64,000 bases of DNA from Candidatus Obscuribacteraceae bacterium (GTDB lineage Bacteria > Cyanobacteriota > Vampirovibrionia > Obscuribacterales > Obscuribacteraceae): the NCBI GenBank assembly GCA_044226015.1, contig JBGAHS010000005.1, positions 128,001 to 192,000 of the forward strand. Direction: 5' to 3'. Numbering within the stretch: position 1 is the stretch's first letter; each line of letters begins with the position of its first letter. Below, piece after piece: positions 47,720 to 57,561 of this stretch. The translations under genes were made by a program, and so were the position numbers. The notes under the pieces were generated by a model. That model worked only from the letters and a program-made list of their open reading frames with translations. It made no database searches and was not told the origin of the DNA.

Positions 47720-48337
47720 CTAGGCTTTGAATTCAGACCAGGATGAGAGGTTCCGTTGAGTTTTTGAAGAAAGCTCTCTTATTGCAGTGGGCGCGTTGTA
47801 CATGTCTTTGCCCAGCATGTAGCAGAAAGAACCTCCACCGACGGCGGCTGCGAGTGCCATTACGGGGTTACCCCTCAAAGCTGCAACCAGCCCCCACACA
47901 ACAGCATTACCACCGATTAGTCCTAAAAAAACTCCGTCCCTTAGCTCTCTTTGTACAATTGTGTTTCTCATGTTCCCGTCATAGAGTTTACTGTCCATCT
48001 CAATCTCATAGTAGTTTAAAACGTTGCTGTTGTATTTCGTTCCAGAACTCACAAGTGGAAGTAAATTGTCGCTGCGGTGCATGTTTTTGAGTTCATCGTA
48101 ATGCGCAGCCGCAATTCGTGCCGCTGCTTTTGTTTTGTCATCGCTACCGGTTGAAGCATAGAGTTCTAGATCAGCTTTGGATATGAAGGTGGGGTCAGTC
48201 TGTGCAATCTTCGGGAAGTTCTTTTGTAGTGTATCCAAAAACTCTTTTGGATTTGCAAAAGCACCTGTATTTAGTGACGCAGCCTCTCCAACATAGCTCT
48301 CTGTCTTCTTAACAGAAACGTTATCTAATATCATCAT
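47720..48337 (-). CDS. Hypothetical protein with two C-terminal hydrophobic helices
   Basis: AAGGAG RBS before ATG 48337. Confidence 0.7.
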   Translation of the reverse strand: MMILDNVSVKKTESYVGEAASLNTGAFANPKEFLDTLQKNFPKIAQTDPTFISKADLELYASTGSDDKTKAAARIAAAHYDELKNMHRSDNLLPLVSSGTKYNSNVLNYYEIEMDSKLYDGNMRNTIVQRELRDGVFLGLIGGNAVVWGLVAALRGNPVMALAAAVGGGSFCYMLGKDMYNAPTAIRELSSKTQRNLSSWSEFKA

Positions 48338-48589
48338 CTTTCTCCTTGATGGTTTTCTTTCGCAATGAAGTGGTATCAAGTTCTATTCGATGAATCAATT
48401 TTCTGGACATTGTTCAAATGAATTGCTTGTTAAAAGCCGCAGAGCAAGTGCTTCTTGGGCGTGTCTGAGCATGGTCGTGGCAACATAACTCTAGAGATCT
48501 GAAAGTGAAATTTGCGTGAATCGAGCGCTGTACATTCGTGCAAAAACGTCAACCTATCTGGCTTTCTGTCAATGAAATGAGCTTTAGCA

Positions 48590-49783
48590 TCAAACCAGTT
48601 CTCGTAGAGTTTTCTTGTCGCGTAGTTTCCAGATGATTGCATCTGTGGCAAAGTGGTGGAGATTTATTACAACAAAAACGCTGGCAAAAGATGATTGCCA
48701 ATTGAAGCCGAGAAAATGTATTAACACGGGGAGCAAGACGTAAATTGCTACCGAAATTAGAAGCAAATTCTTGTAGTAGTTCAGCCCCTCTTCAATTGCT
48801 ACTTGCTTCCAAGCAAGCTTTGGCTGAGCGGCTTTGGCAAGGTTACTTGCCTCTTTGATATACTGCGATGCCGTAATCGTCAGATACTGAGTTGCGTGGA
48901 AAAAGGCTGGCAGGTAAAACCATAGTTCTCCGAATTGTTGTTGGTCTGCGGAGAGCCCAACAACAATGGTTAGTAGCGTGAGAATGGCAGGTAGCGGAAA
49001 CTGATTGCTCTGACGAGCCCCGTTAGAAGCGAGCTTTAAGACAAAAATGATGATGACGGTTAGCAGCATTATTTGACTAAATTGGTGAATTTGAAGTGGT
49101 AGAAAATTCCATGGAGGTAAGTCGATTCCAAGAAATTCTTTCATGGAACCGGCTTCCTGCCCCAGTTGATATGTAATGGGCACCGATGCTGTGATGTACA
49201 ACAAAACCGCCAAAATCGACTTATCGATTTTGCTCATTACATAATTGGATTTTATGCAATACAAGAGAATCAAACCGTAAGCTTGTCCGGTGAAGTGCTG
49301 GTAAAGCCAAAGGAAGTATATTTTCAGTAGTACCCCAAGGAAGGTTGTGTATTTAAGTGCGACAATGCAAAGGGCTGCAGCGATAATTGGTTGCCAGAGA
49401 GTGCTTATGGCAAATCGTTCTCGCGTGTCTTTATTTCGATAGATTTTGAAGAGGGTGGCACTTACGTGCGCCTCAGAGAACAAGTGTGAGCAAGTCAAAA
49501 TTGTTAAACTTGTCATCTGCACAAGGGAAGGCGCGAGGAAGTAGGATATGGAATTCTGCAAAATGAATAGTAGCCAGGCTGCACCCCCGCAACAGAACAA
49601 TATGTCTGCAGCTGGATTGAGAATCCAGGGTGATGATTTCCTGGCGGCGAGGTCGCTCGGTTCGCTAATTGCTGTTGCTTTCGTCACATGCAAGTTGATA
49701 TTGATTGCCAATTTATTGATTGCTAAGAACGAGAACACGTCCACCGACTCCCGGAATTTGCATTCCGTCCGAATTCGCTCCAA
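48590..49783 (-). CDS. Polytopic membrane protein with several His motifs (true start probably GTG near 49687)
   Basis: About 9 hydrophobic segments; EAHVSAT, YQHFTGQ, FHATQY, LHHFATD. Confidence 0.8.
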   Translation of the reverse strand: MERIRTECKFRESVDVFSFLAINKLAININLHVTKATAISEPSDLAARKSSPWILNPAADILFCCGGAAWLLFILQNSISYFLAPSLVQMTSLTILTCSHLFSEAHVSATLFKIYRNKDTRERFAISTLWQPIIAAALCIVALKYTTFLGVLLKIYFLWLYQHFTGQAYGLILLYCIKSNYVMSKIDKSILAVLLYITASVPITYQLGQEAGSMKEFLGIDLPPWNFLPLQIHQFSQIMLLTVIIIFVLKLASNGARQSNQFPLPAILTLLTIVVGLSADQQQFGELWFYLPAFFHATQYLTITASQYIKEASNLAKAAQPKLAWKQVAIEEGLNYYKNLLLISVAIYVLLPVLIHFLGFNWQSSFASVFVVINLHHFATDAIIWKLRDKKTLRELV

Positions 49784-50402
49784 TCACCGCATAACTTGCT
49801 CCATTTTCAACAGCGCAATATTCAACTTGACCGGGTTTGAGTGGTGACTTGCTAATACGTCGTTCTCTAAGGTCGGCTATTGCCTTGCTAGATAATATCA
49901 CTGGCCCGTCTACTAGACTTTTCTCCGCAGTATTTATTGGGTTGACTGGCATAGTTCCTTGCTTTCCTCCGATTTCTAGAGAGCCGCCTGGAAGATATGG
50001 CGAAAGTTGTTTCGCTGAAATGGGATAGATGCCACCGTTATCGGTGGCGAAAGACTCGGCGGCAATTTGCACTGTGCGCATGTTACCTTTAACAAGGCTA
50101 TTCATAGAGATTCCTCTCCCGCAAGGGAGTGTTAGAGGTGCTAGAATTCCGAGGCAAACAAGAATGCTGATTATTGTTGTGAGTGCCTTTGCCCGTGGTT
50201 TCGTTTCTGATCTTTTATTGTTCGTGTCGGAAGTAGTCTCTAACGCTTTTGGAATGATAGTAGAGGGGCTAGTAAGTTTGGTTTCGCGATCGGGCGCGTT
50301 CACCATATCGGGTACTACTTCTTGCGTATCGCCGGACGAGTCTGCAATTGCAGTGTCTTCGCAGATTGTTTTGTCATTTTGTTTTTCGAGTGTAAGAATC
50401 AT
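49713..50402 (-). CDS. Pilin/pseudopilin-like membrane-anchored protein without a prepilin cleavage motif
   Basis: TM followed by VKGNMRTVQIAAESFATDNGGIYP...PVNP; AAGGAG RBS before ATG 50402. Confidence 0.7.
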   Translation of the reverse strand: MILTLEKQNDKTICEDTAIADSSGDTQEVVPDMVNAPDRETKLTSPSTIIPKALETTSDTNNKRSETKPRAKALTTIISILVCLGILAPLTLPCGRGISMNSLVKGNMRTVQIAAESFATDNGGIYPISAKQLSPYLPGGSLEIGGKQGTMPVNPINTAEKSLVDGPVILSSKAIADLRERRISKSPLKPGQVEYCAVENGASYAVIGANSDGMQIPGVGGRVLVLSNQ

Positions 50403-50805
50403 GCAGAATCTCCTTGAGGCTATGGCTGTTAGATAGCGAAAAATAACATTGCGACCTATCACTGTATTGAGACTTTGAAAGAGGGCAACTGAAGTTTCCG
50501 CCTGCGCTAAGGCAGAATGCCTGTTTCAATGCAGGCATTAATCTGACTAACGCAGGCAGCTGGCTTCAGAAGTGAGTAAGCAGTGTTTGTGGATGACAGT
50601 TATTCATCCATTCTAATAGCTAGCTTGAATCAGTGCTAGCGGCTAGTTGTCTTCGTTGACAGCTGGCAGCGCTTAAAAATTATTTCCCCGTGCGTGTATC
50701 TGTAGCCAGAGACTAGCTGTTGCCTTCTGAGACGAGCAGAAGCGTCGCTGACCAAGTATAATCGAATATTAAGTGCATTAGTTCTTCCAGTCCTGGGCTA
50801 AGGAA

Positions 50806-51321
50806 GTGGAAAGGTTGAAATCAATTTTTCTTGTGATAGCTCTGCTCTTGTTTCCTTGTTGCGCTGGTCAAGCTGGCGAAAGAAGGTACAGCATTGAGCG
50901 ATTGATTCCTCCTGACACATTTGGGCCTGGGGTATTGGAGCCAGAGCGAAAAAAAGTGAGGGCAAAGCCCATTGATGAGTTCAGTCGTATCGAGGCTCTT
51001 ATTCAAAATGGAAACTTGCTATGTAAAGAATGCAATTATGCTCAAGCAAAAGTATATTTTGAAAAAGCGTTGGTGCTCTTTGACGTGGCTGAGCGGCGTG
51101 AACCTCAGGAATTTTCTTATCACATGATTGATAAAGCTGAGTGTCTTGACTCCTACGCTGACTTGCTGACAAAGCTTAATCACAGCGCTGAGTCTGCGAA
51201 GGCTCGACTGCGGGCTGTGCAGCTTCGGAAACTTGCTGCAACAGTTAATTCAAAGGCACGATGCTACTCCAATGGGTATACTCGCTCGCATGAGCTGCCT
51301 ACAAAGAGGATACGCGAATAG
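50806..51321 (+). CDS. Small exported TPR-like protein
   Basis: AAGGA RBS; signal peptide; NYAQAKVYFEKAL...AECLDSYADLL. Confidence 0.7.
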   Translation: MERLKSIFLVIALLLFPCCAGQAGERRYSIERLIPPDTFGPGVLEPERKKVRAKPIDEFSRIEALIQNGNLLCKECNYAQAKVYFEKALVLFDVAERREPQEFSYHMIDKAECLDSYADLLTKLNHSAESAKARLRAVQLRKLAATVNSKARCYSNGYTRSHELPTKRIRE

Positions 51322-51482
51322 TATTTGGTCAATGCGGCGTAGACAGTCTTTAAGAGAAGCGATAGAGTAGAGTTAGGGCTGTCTGAATTGAATTGAAGTA
51401 ATTCAAGGAATTCAAGGAATTATTGGAACCCGCTGTAGCGCTAGAGAAATTCGTCGAAAGAAACAGTAGGGCCATAAATTAG

Positions 51483-51884
51483 ATGTTAGTCAATTTTGAA
51501 TCCTACATTCTGTTGATGCTTATGGAATTTTTCGATTGGTCCAGTAAGAATAAATCGATTCTGATAGTTTTGGTATTGCCCTATATTGTTTTGGGTTGCT
51601 TGTATCTTTTATTTCCTGGTTTGGAAGTTACGCTATTCTATTATCCGAGGCGTGTGCAAAATTTCCATCCTATAGTTGTTTACTTGATGCCAGGCATTGT
51701 TGCCTGGCATCTGATAGGTGTTTCAATGGCTGCTGGAGCGAAAACTGGATTCTTAAGAACAGCGATTTGCACAGTGTGCCTTATTCCGATTCTTGTTTGG
51801 TTCTCTATCGGCAGTTTTTTGTTGCTTCTCTTTTTTTCGGGACCTGATCCCGGTCCAGCTTTTGGTATTTCAACGACTCAGTAA
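51483..51884 (+). CDS. Small membrane protein (3 TM)
   Basis: Three hydrophobic segments; start uncertain. Confidence 0.6.
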   Translation: MLVNFESYILLMLMEFFDWSSKNKSILIVLVLPYIVLGCLYLLFPGLEVTLFYYPRRVQNFHPIVVYLMPGIVAWHLIGVSMAAGAKTGFLRTAICTVCLIPILVWFSIGSFLLLLFFSGPDPGPAFGISTTQ

Positions 51885-51888
51885 CGTT

Positions 51889-53109
51889 TCAACATACTCC
51901 GAGGTCGCTAGCAAATTTAGCTGACGGCACCACATCACTTGGATTCACGCTCGTTTGGCGCACGACCACTTCAACCAATCTGCGCCAGATCTCTTGATCG
52001 GTGTTTAGCTCTTTTGAAAACGAATCCCAATTTAGTGATATCAGAGCCTTAACAAGTTGTCTAACCGTCAGCGTTTCGTCGTTTAGTTTGAAACCCATGA
52101 ATTCGTTCGCTCGTTTGAAGTCAGGCGTATTCATTTCTATAAACAGCGGAAGATAGGGCCATCCATTCTCCAATTCTTCGATCGAGAGAATCTCACTTAA
52201 CCTCGTATCTGGTTCTATGGACGACCTCTTCACTTGAAAATTATTTATCAGGGCTCGTCTCAGCTTGTAAAAAATTCTTTGACTTAAGCACTCGCGAGCA
52301 GGTGCGCTGTTCAATCTCATGAGCAAGTATTCGTAAGTCTCGCCCACGGTATGCAATTGCTCGGCGACATTATCTGGAATCTCCAGTCCGAATTCCTCCT
52401 CAATTGCCATCAATAATTCGACACCATCTAGCCCACTCGCTTCGTTCCACTTTAAGCCACCGGCAAGGTCTACAGCAGCATATTCAATGTGCAAAACACG
52501 GCGATGTTCGGGCTTTGAGGCTTTGCTCGAACTATGTAAAATGAGTGGGCGCATCACTATTACATCGCCTTTTTCTGCCGAACAACAGATGAAGTTATTC
52601 TTTACTTTCCATTCACCGATATCTTCATGGTTTAGCTTTCCAATCTTGTGTGAACCCGGGATGAAGTTGATTGCACCATTTTCCGCAGAACATGCATCCA
52701 GATGAATTCTTATCGCTAGCATTTGCTCAAGCACAGACGCTGGCGGCTGTACGTGAGGAATCGAATCTTTCGTTGACCATGGGCCATATCCAGCAACATC
52801 AATTTTTTGTTTGACGGCAATCGTCAAATCTTGGTGCCATGTAACGTACCAATTTGATGTCGGTGTTTTGTCAAAGAAAATTGCTTTGACAGGTTTTGCA
52901 TTTAAACCCAGATGCTTTCCTGCGATGCTAAGGAGTTCCGGTGAGTTTGCGAGACGGCGGACGACTAAACTTCTTCGAAGCAGGTGTCTTACTCCCGGAG
53001 CGCTCGGCAAACTGTTCAACGCATCAATTGAATTCTTTAGTTTTTCTATTTGCTCATCGCTGACTATTTTCTTGAGCAGTAAGAAGCCGTTGTTTTCGAA
53101 GCTGTCCAT
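51889..53109 (-). CDS. PhyH-family Fe(II)/2OG dioxygenase fused to a permuted ACP-like domain
   Basis: WHQD...LHSS...RRVLH; then [21 protein letters not shown] and C-terminal [13 protein letters not shown]. Confidence 0.88.
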   Translation of the reverse strand: MDSFENNGFLLLKKIVSDEQIEKLKNSIDALNSLPSAPGVRHLLRRSLVVRRLANSPELLSIAGKHLGLNAKPVKAIFFDKTPTSNWYVTWHQDLTIAVKQKIDVAGYGPWSTKDSIPHVQPPASVLEQMLAIRIHLDACSAENGAINFIPGSHKIGKLNHEDIGEWKVKNNFICCSAEKGDVIVMRPLILHSSSKASKPEHRRVLHIEYAAVDLAGGLKWNEASGLDGVELLMAIEEEFGLEIPDNVAEQLHTVGETYEYLLMRLNSAPARECLSQRIFYKLRRALINNFQVKRSSIEPDTRLSEILSIEELENGWPYLPLFIEMNTPDFKRANEFMGFKLNDETLTVRQLVKALISLNWDSFSKELNTDQEIWRRLVEVVVRQTSVNPSDVVPSAKFASDLGVC

Positions 53110-53337
53110 TTCGCACCAACACTGATGCCCTTGATTTTATCATGTGGTACCGGCATGCGAGTCAAAGCGCGAGCTGAAACCGACCCAGCTCTTCCGAACA
53201 TAATGCTCTGAAATGTTAGGGGCTATGGATAATGTCCGCTCGTTGCCAGAGCCTCTCTAATCTCTACCCGGACCGCTGCTTCTCTTTTGGATCTTCAAAC
53301 AGATAAGTGCAAGAATTGGCACAAAGGCTGGGCAGAG

Positions 53338-53589
53338 CTAGTCTTCATCAATATGTAGTTTTGCTCGTGCCTTGATTAGTTGTATGAGGTGCTCCAGCTT
53401 TCCTAATCGTTCAAGTTCAAGAGTCTCTTCCATAGTAAGGTCGCCGCACTTATTTCGAATTAGCAATTTGCGGACTTGCTGCTGAGCCTTTTTTGATGGG
53501 CGAAATGCAATCACTTCTTCGGACGTTGAGCCACGCGCAAGGAAATCAATGATTTCATCATATGCAGTCAGCGCTTCACCCACAGCCAC
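53338..53589 (-). CDS. Small hypothetical protein, putative antitoxin-like
   Basis: AAGGAG RBS; YDEIIDFLA.G.TSEEVIAFRPS pattern, which I recall from small genes preceding HNH nucleases. Confidence 0.7.
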   Translation of the reverse strand: MAVGEALTAYDEIIDFLARGSTSEEVIAFRPSKKAQQQVRKLLIRNKCGDLTMEETLELERLGKLEHLIQLIKARAKLHIDED

Positions 53590-53741
53590 TCTCCTTGCTT
53601 ATAATATCCCGACTTGCGCGATTGGCGGAGGTCAGCAAGGAACTCTTCTATGTCCTCTGGCCAAATATCACCTTTTAAGGTCTCAGAGGAAAATACTGGA
53701 ACACCTTGCGCAAGCTGATCTAAATCAATCTTATAATCCAT
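53568..53741 (-). CDS. Small acidic hypothetical protein, possibly an antitoxin-like remnant
   Basis: MDYKIDLDQLAQGVPVF...GDIWPEDIEEFLADLRQSR; family assignment from memory. Confidence 0.4.
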   Translation of the reverse strand: MDYKIDLDQLAQGVPVFSSETLKGDIWPEDIEEFLADLRQSRKSGYYKQGEWLWVKR

Positions 53742-54056
53742 AAACGCATGCAGCGCCGAATGTAAGTTTACGCCAGATCCCTGTGACTGACAAGGATGCA
53801 TTAACAATGCAGAGATCGCAGTAAGGTGCCAGTGTTCAGTTTGCCATCGCCCATAGTACCAGCTGCAAGTTTGCATGGAGTGAAGAAGCAAGTTCCAACT
53901 TCACGCAAGGTGCTTTTGTACTGGAGGATGTTCCTTAAGAACCAGCCTCAAAAAGTATCAAAGAAACAATCAGCACCGTTTGGCTACCCCCAAGAGTTTC
54001 TCTCTGGCGGAGGTACTACCGTGGTCCTGGCAATTATTTCGATTCCAATTAAAAAT

Positions 54057-54128
<72 letters not shown>

Positions 54129-54323
54129 ACTTGAAAAGTGCTTGGAGGATTTAAATTATACATCGTCCCGCTCAGTTGCAAGACTAATGTGAATCTTGAT
54201 GATGCCAAGCGGTCCGGCGGTTGTAGTATTCTTTTGCTGGCGGAACATCGGATTTTGCCTGTCGTCATCTATCCTTGTTGTCGTTTACCTGTTCCTTTCT
54301 TTTCAAAATTGTAGGTTTGCCGC

Positions 54324-55412
54324 ATGGGTTTGCTTAAAACGTCGCTGTTGCTCACTTCGGTAGCTGCAATCACCTGCTTTTCGGGCGTTTCAATAGATGC
54401 CGCAAACACGAATGCTATGCCAAAAGCTGCTCCAGACTTTAGAAAAGCGGGGACGAGTGCCAATTCGAAGCCCAAACCTACTGCATCTGCTGTTCAATCT
54501 TCAGATTTTGCTGGAACAACAAGCTTTCGTGTTCAGACAAAAGATAGCCCTCAAACGCCGCTTCAAGGTAACGTAGACCAGATTACTGTGAACCCAGGCG
54601 GTCATTTGCAGGGTCTCGGCGCTGAGACAGATTCGGTTATCAAAACATCTCCAATGCGTGCGCAAGCATCGGCTACTCCACCTGAAGTTTTCAGAGGCTG
54701 GCTTGAGCAAGCGCATTCTAAATTCGCCGCACGCAGTTCTAGCTTGTCACCAAATACGGTGCTTGAGGTCAAAGGCGTCTATGATAATTCCAGCAAGACA
54801 TTGCGCTCACTAGGCATTCCCTTTCAGCAGGTTAAGGGTGCTGATTTGCAGTCAATGTTGCCTGGGGGAACCCGCGTAGTTGTGGTAAATTGCCCCGGAC
54901 GCGTACCAAGAGAATCCTTGCAACAAGTCAGGGACTTTGTGGCAAACGGTGGATTTGTTCTTTCGACTGATTGGAGTTCTGACAATCTTATTGAGCAGGC
55001 ATTTCCTGGATACATAAAGTGGGACAGGCATAGTAACAAGCAAGCGGTTTATGATGCTGAAATTGTGAAACCTGATGCAACGCTATTTGCGCGAACAGTG
55101 ACTAATGCTAGCTGGAAAATGGATATTGATTCTCACATGATCAAAACGCTGCGCCCTGACGTGCGTGTCCTGGCTAAGAGTCGGCAGCTTCAGGCTGAAG
55201 ATCCTGCTTGTGATGGCATTCTAGCTGTGGTGTTTCCGTTCGGTCGAGGTTATGTTATGCACCTTGTAGGGCACTTCGATAACAACACAGTGATGTCATT
55301 TCGAAACATGCTTGCTGACCCAGCTCCGGCAATCGGAATCAGTTTGAGACAAGCGCTGGCAACTAATTTTGTTGTAGCGGGAATTGAAGGAACTCGTATT
55401 CCAACTAAGTAG
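54324..55412 (+). CDS. Exported hypothetical protein with a class I GATase-like alpha/beta domain
   Basis: Signal peptide; VVVNCPG...VRDFVANGGFVLSTDW...FGRGYV. Confidence 0.75.
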   Translation: MGLLKTSLLLTSVAAITCFSGVSIDAANTNAMPKAAPDFRKAGTSANSKPKPTASAVQSSDFAGTTSFRVQTKDSPQTPLQGNVDQITVNPGGHLQGLGAETDSVIKTSPMRAQASATPPEVFRGWLEQAHSKFAARSSSLSPNTVLEVKGVYDNSSKTLRSLGIPFQQVKGADLQSMLPGGTRVVVVNCPGRVPRESLQQVRDFVANGGFVLSTDWSSDNLIEQAFPGYIKWDRHSNKQAVYDAEIVKPDATLFARTVTNASWKMDIDSHMIKTLRPDVRVLAKSRQLQAEDPACDGILAVVFPFGRGYVMHLVGHFDNNTVMSFRNMLADPAPAIGISLRQALATNFVVAGIEGTRIPTK

Positions 55413-55473
55413 CATGAGACTTCAGGCAGAAACTTGTAGCGCGAATTCTGAGTCAATTGATACAAGAAAGTCG

Positions 55474-57165
55474 CTATTGCAGGACTGTTCCCATGGACTG
55501 TTCCAGATCCGTATACGCTTGCTGATATGTGGCAAGTGTCGTTAGATAGTCGGTCTTGATCTGAATCGTAGCTTGCTGCGCCAGCAAAGTTGCATTAATG
55601 TCACTCTGTCCAACTTCATAACCGAGTCGCGACAATCTGGCGATTTCGAGTGTACGTTGCAAGAGTTTTGTTTGGAATATCTCTATTTTTCTCTTAGCTC
55701 CTGCGAGCCTCTGGTAGGCAGTTGCCACCTCGGCCGCCACCATGTTTTCCTGTCCTAGCAACTCTGCCCTGAGCTGCTTTTCAGTGGCACCAAACTTTGT
55801 AATGTCGCCCTGTTGAAAGTTAAAGAGGGGAACTTCTTGGTAAACCTGAAAGAAGAAACCATGGAAATTGACGCGGTCTTTCGGACCGATGCTGCTGGGG
55901 TCAGTCGCGATTGCGCGAGCAGCAGCGGCTTGGTTTTGCGAGGGTTGCGTCGGACCATTAACGTTTGAATTACCGACACCAATGGTGGTGTTCGGAACGA
56001 TGTTCGCAAACGCAAGTCTGAGGCTAGCACCATTGGTCTTAATTGCCTGCTTCAGCACTTTTAACTCTGGTCTATTTGCCATTGCCTTGTTCAGGCAATC
56101 TTGCAGTGGTGGCAATGTGCCACCAGGCAAAATTCCTGTTGAACTGGGTTGTGTCCCGTCGGTTGGCAGTCGGGGCACATCGACAGGACTTTCTGGCATT
56201 CTGCCCAGTATTACAGCCAAAGCTTGTCGCGCTTCCAAGACACGATATTGCTGTTGCTCTTGTTCTGCCAGAGCTTTGAATGCTTCTTGCTCAGCTCTGT
56301 ATACGTCTAACTCTGCTACTTCACCCGCTTCAAATCGCTTCTTCGCTATTTTCTGTAGTTGGTCTGTCAATTCGACCAGCTCTGTGTAAGTTGAGTAAAG
56401 CTCTTGAGCGACGACCAGGTCGGTATAGGCACGTCTGACAGTTGCTCTAAAGATCCACAAGGACTTCAAGATTTCCAAGTCTGTCTGTTTGATCATATTC
56501 TTAGCAAGCACCACTCGTAGTGCTAGCTTCCATGGCTGTTCTATTGGAATAGTAAAACCATATCTGTACGTGAATTCTGCTCTGTACCCATTATCCATAA
56601 ACATGGTTGGATTTGGCAGTTCAGTCGCTCTTACGAGTTCTGATTTAGTAATGCCGAGCTGCAATCTGATTGCAGAGGTTCGGGGGCTACGTATCAAGCC
56701 TTCATCGAAAGCTGAACTTAAGGACAGGCTTCGGTCTAGCCCTCGCAAGACAGGCTGATCAGGTTTGATTGCCGGTAGGCTAGTGTTGTTGTCGCTGCCC
56801 GATGGCGGTACTGTCTGCGGTGCCGCCGACGTACTTGTCGTTGACGGGAGTGCCGGCGCTGAATCTGGTATTACGGGTCCACCACTGCCAGCTGATGGAG
56901 TGTTGCTTGGAGACAGTGCTGGTGTGAAGCCGCTTGCAGGAACAGGATTGACGGGCACCGATGGCGGTGTTGATTGCATTCCTGGTCCACCGCTAGAACG
57001 GCTTGACTTCATCTTCGCGGGAGCCGGGCTGGTTATAGATGGCGGGTTAGAAGCCTGTGCGCTGAGACTGCAAGAGAATGCAAAGGCACACGCAAAGGTA
57101 CCAAGCGTGTTTGCCACAGCTCTGTTTCTTCGTATTTTTTGCTTAGTAAGCCGAAAGATGACCAT
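55474..57165 (-). CDS. TolC family outer-membrane efflux protein with Pro/Ser-rich N-terminus
   Basis: LPNP, VRRAYTDL, KRFEAGEVAELD, NRPELK, PLFN and YEVGQ OEP repeats. Confidence 0.92.
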   Translation of the reverse strand: MVIFRLTKQKIRRNRAVANTLGTFACAFAFSCSLSAQASNPPSITSPAPAKMKSSRSSGGPGMQSTPPSVPVNPVPASGFTPALSPSNTPSAGSGGPVIPDSAPALPSTTSTSAAPQTVPPSGSDNNTSLPAIKPDQPVLRGLDRSLSLSSAFDEGLIRSPRTSAIRLQLGITKSELVRATELPNPTMFMDNGYRAEFTYRYGFTIPIEQPWKLALRVVLAKNMIKQTDLEILKSLWIFRATVRRAYTDLVVAQELYSTYTELVELTDQLQKIAKKRFEAGEVAELDVYRAEQEAFKALAEQEQQQYRVLEARQALAVILGRMPESPVDVPRLPTDGTQPSSTGILPGGTLPPLQDCLNKAMANRPELKVLKQAIKTNGASLRLAFANIVPNTTIGVGNSNVNGPTQPSQNQAAAARAIATDPSSIGPKDRVNFHGFFFQVYQEVPLFNFQQGDITKFGATEKQLRAELLGQENMVAAEVATAYQRLAGAKRKIEIFQTKLLQRTLEIARLSRLGYEVGQSDINATLLAQQATIQIKTDYLTTLATYQQAYTDLEQSMGTVLQ

Positions 57166-57561
57166 GAACCATGAACCGAGCGGGAAAGCCGCGTATATTT
57201 GGAGTTTAACAGCAGCACGAATAATTGCAAGAAGCCATAAGACTGCGATGAAGCTTCTCTATATTCTTGGCAAGGTTAGTCCTTTCTCTTGAGTTGCTCG
57301 ACATTGCGCGCTGTGTCGATGATCGCAGAATTTGAGTTTAGCAATTAATTGGGCTTGGATTGTGATCTGGAGTTTTAGTAAGATCATAACCATCTCATCT
57401 TATGCGCCGGCATGAGCATACCATTAGAAAGTTTCGTAAGACTTTCTCTGTAGTGGGCGTGCTACGAAACTTGCCTGAGGCTTTGACGGATAAAGAGCTT
57501 CCCTGTATGTTTACTTACATCAAAATTGGTTTACGCAGGATTACTTTTAGTTTGCGCAGGC

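Noticed and set aside
51391..51421. AATTCAAGG 9-bp tandem repeat
   Set aside because: Only two exact copies in AT-rich DNA; compatible with simple slippage
53742..54056. Integrase or att site next to the tRNA
   Set aside because: No recombinase motifs, and I found no duplicate of the tRNA 3' end by eye
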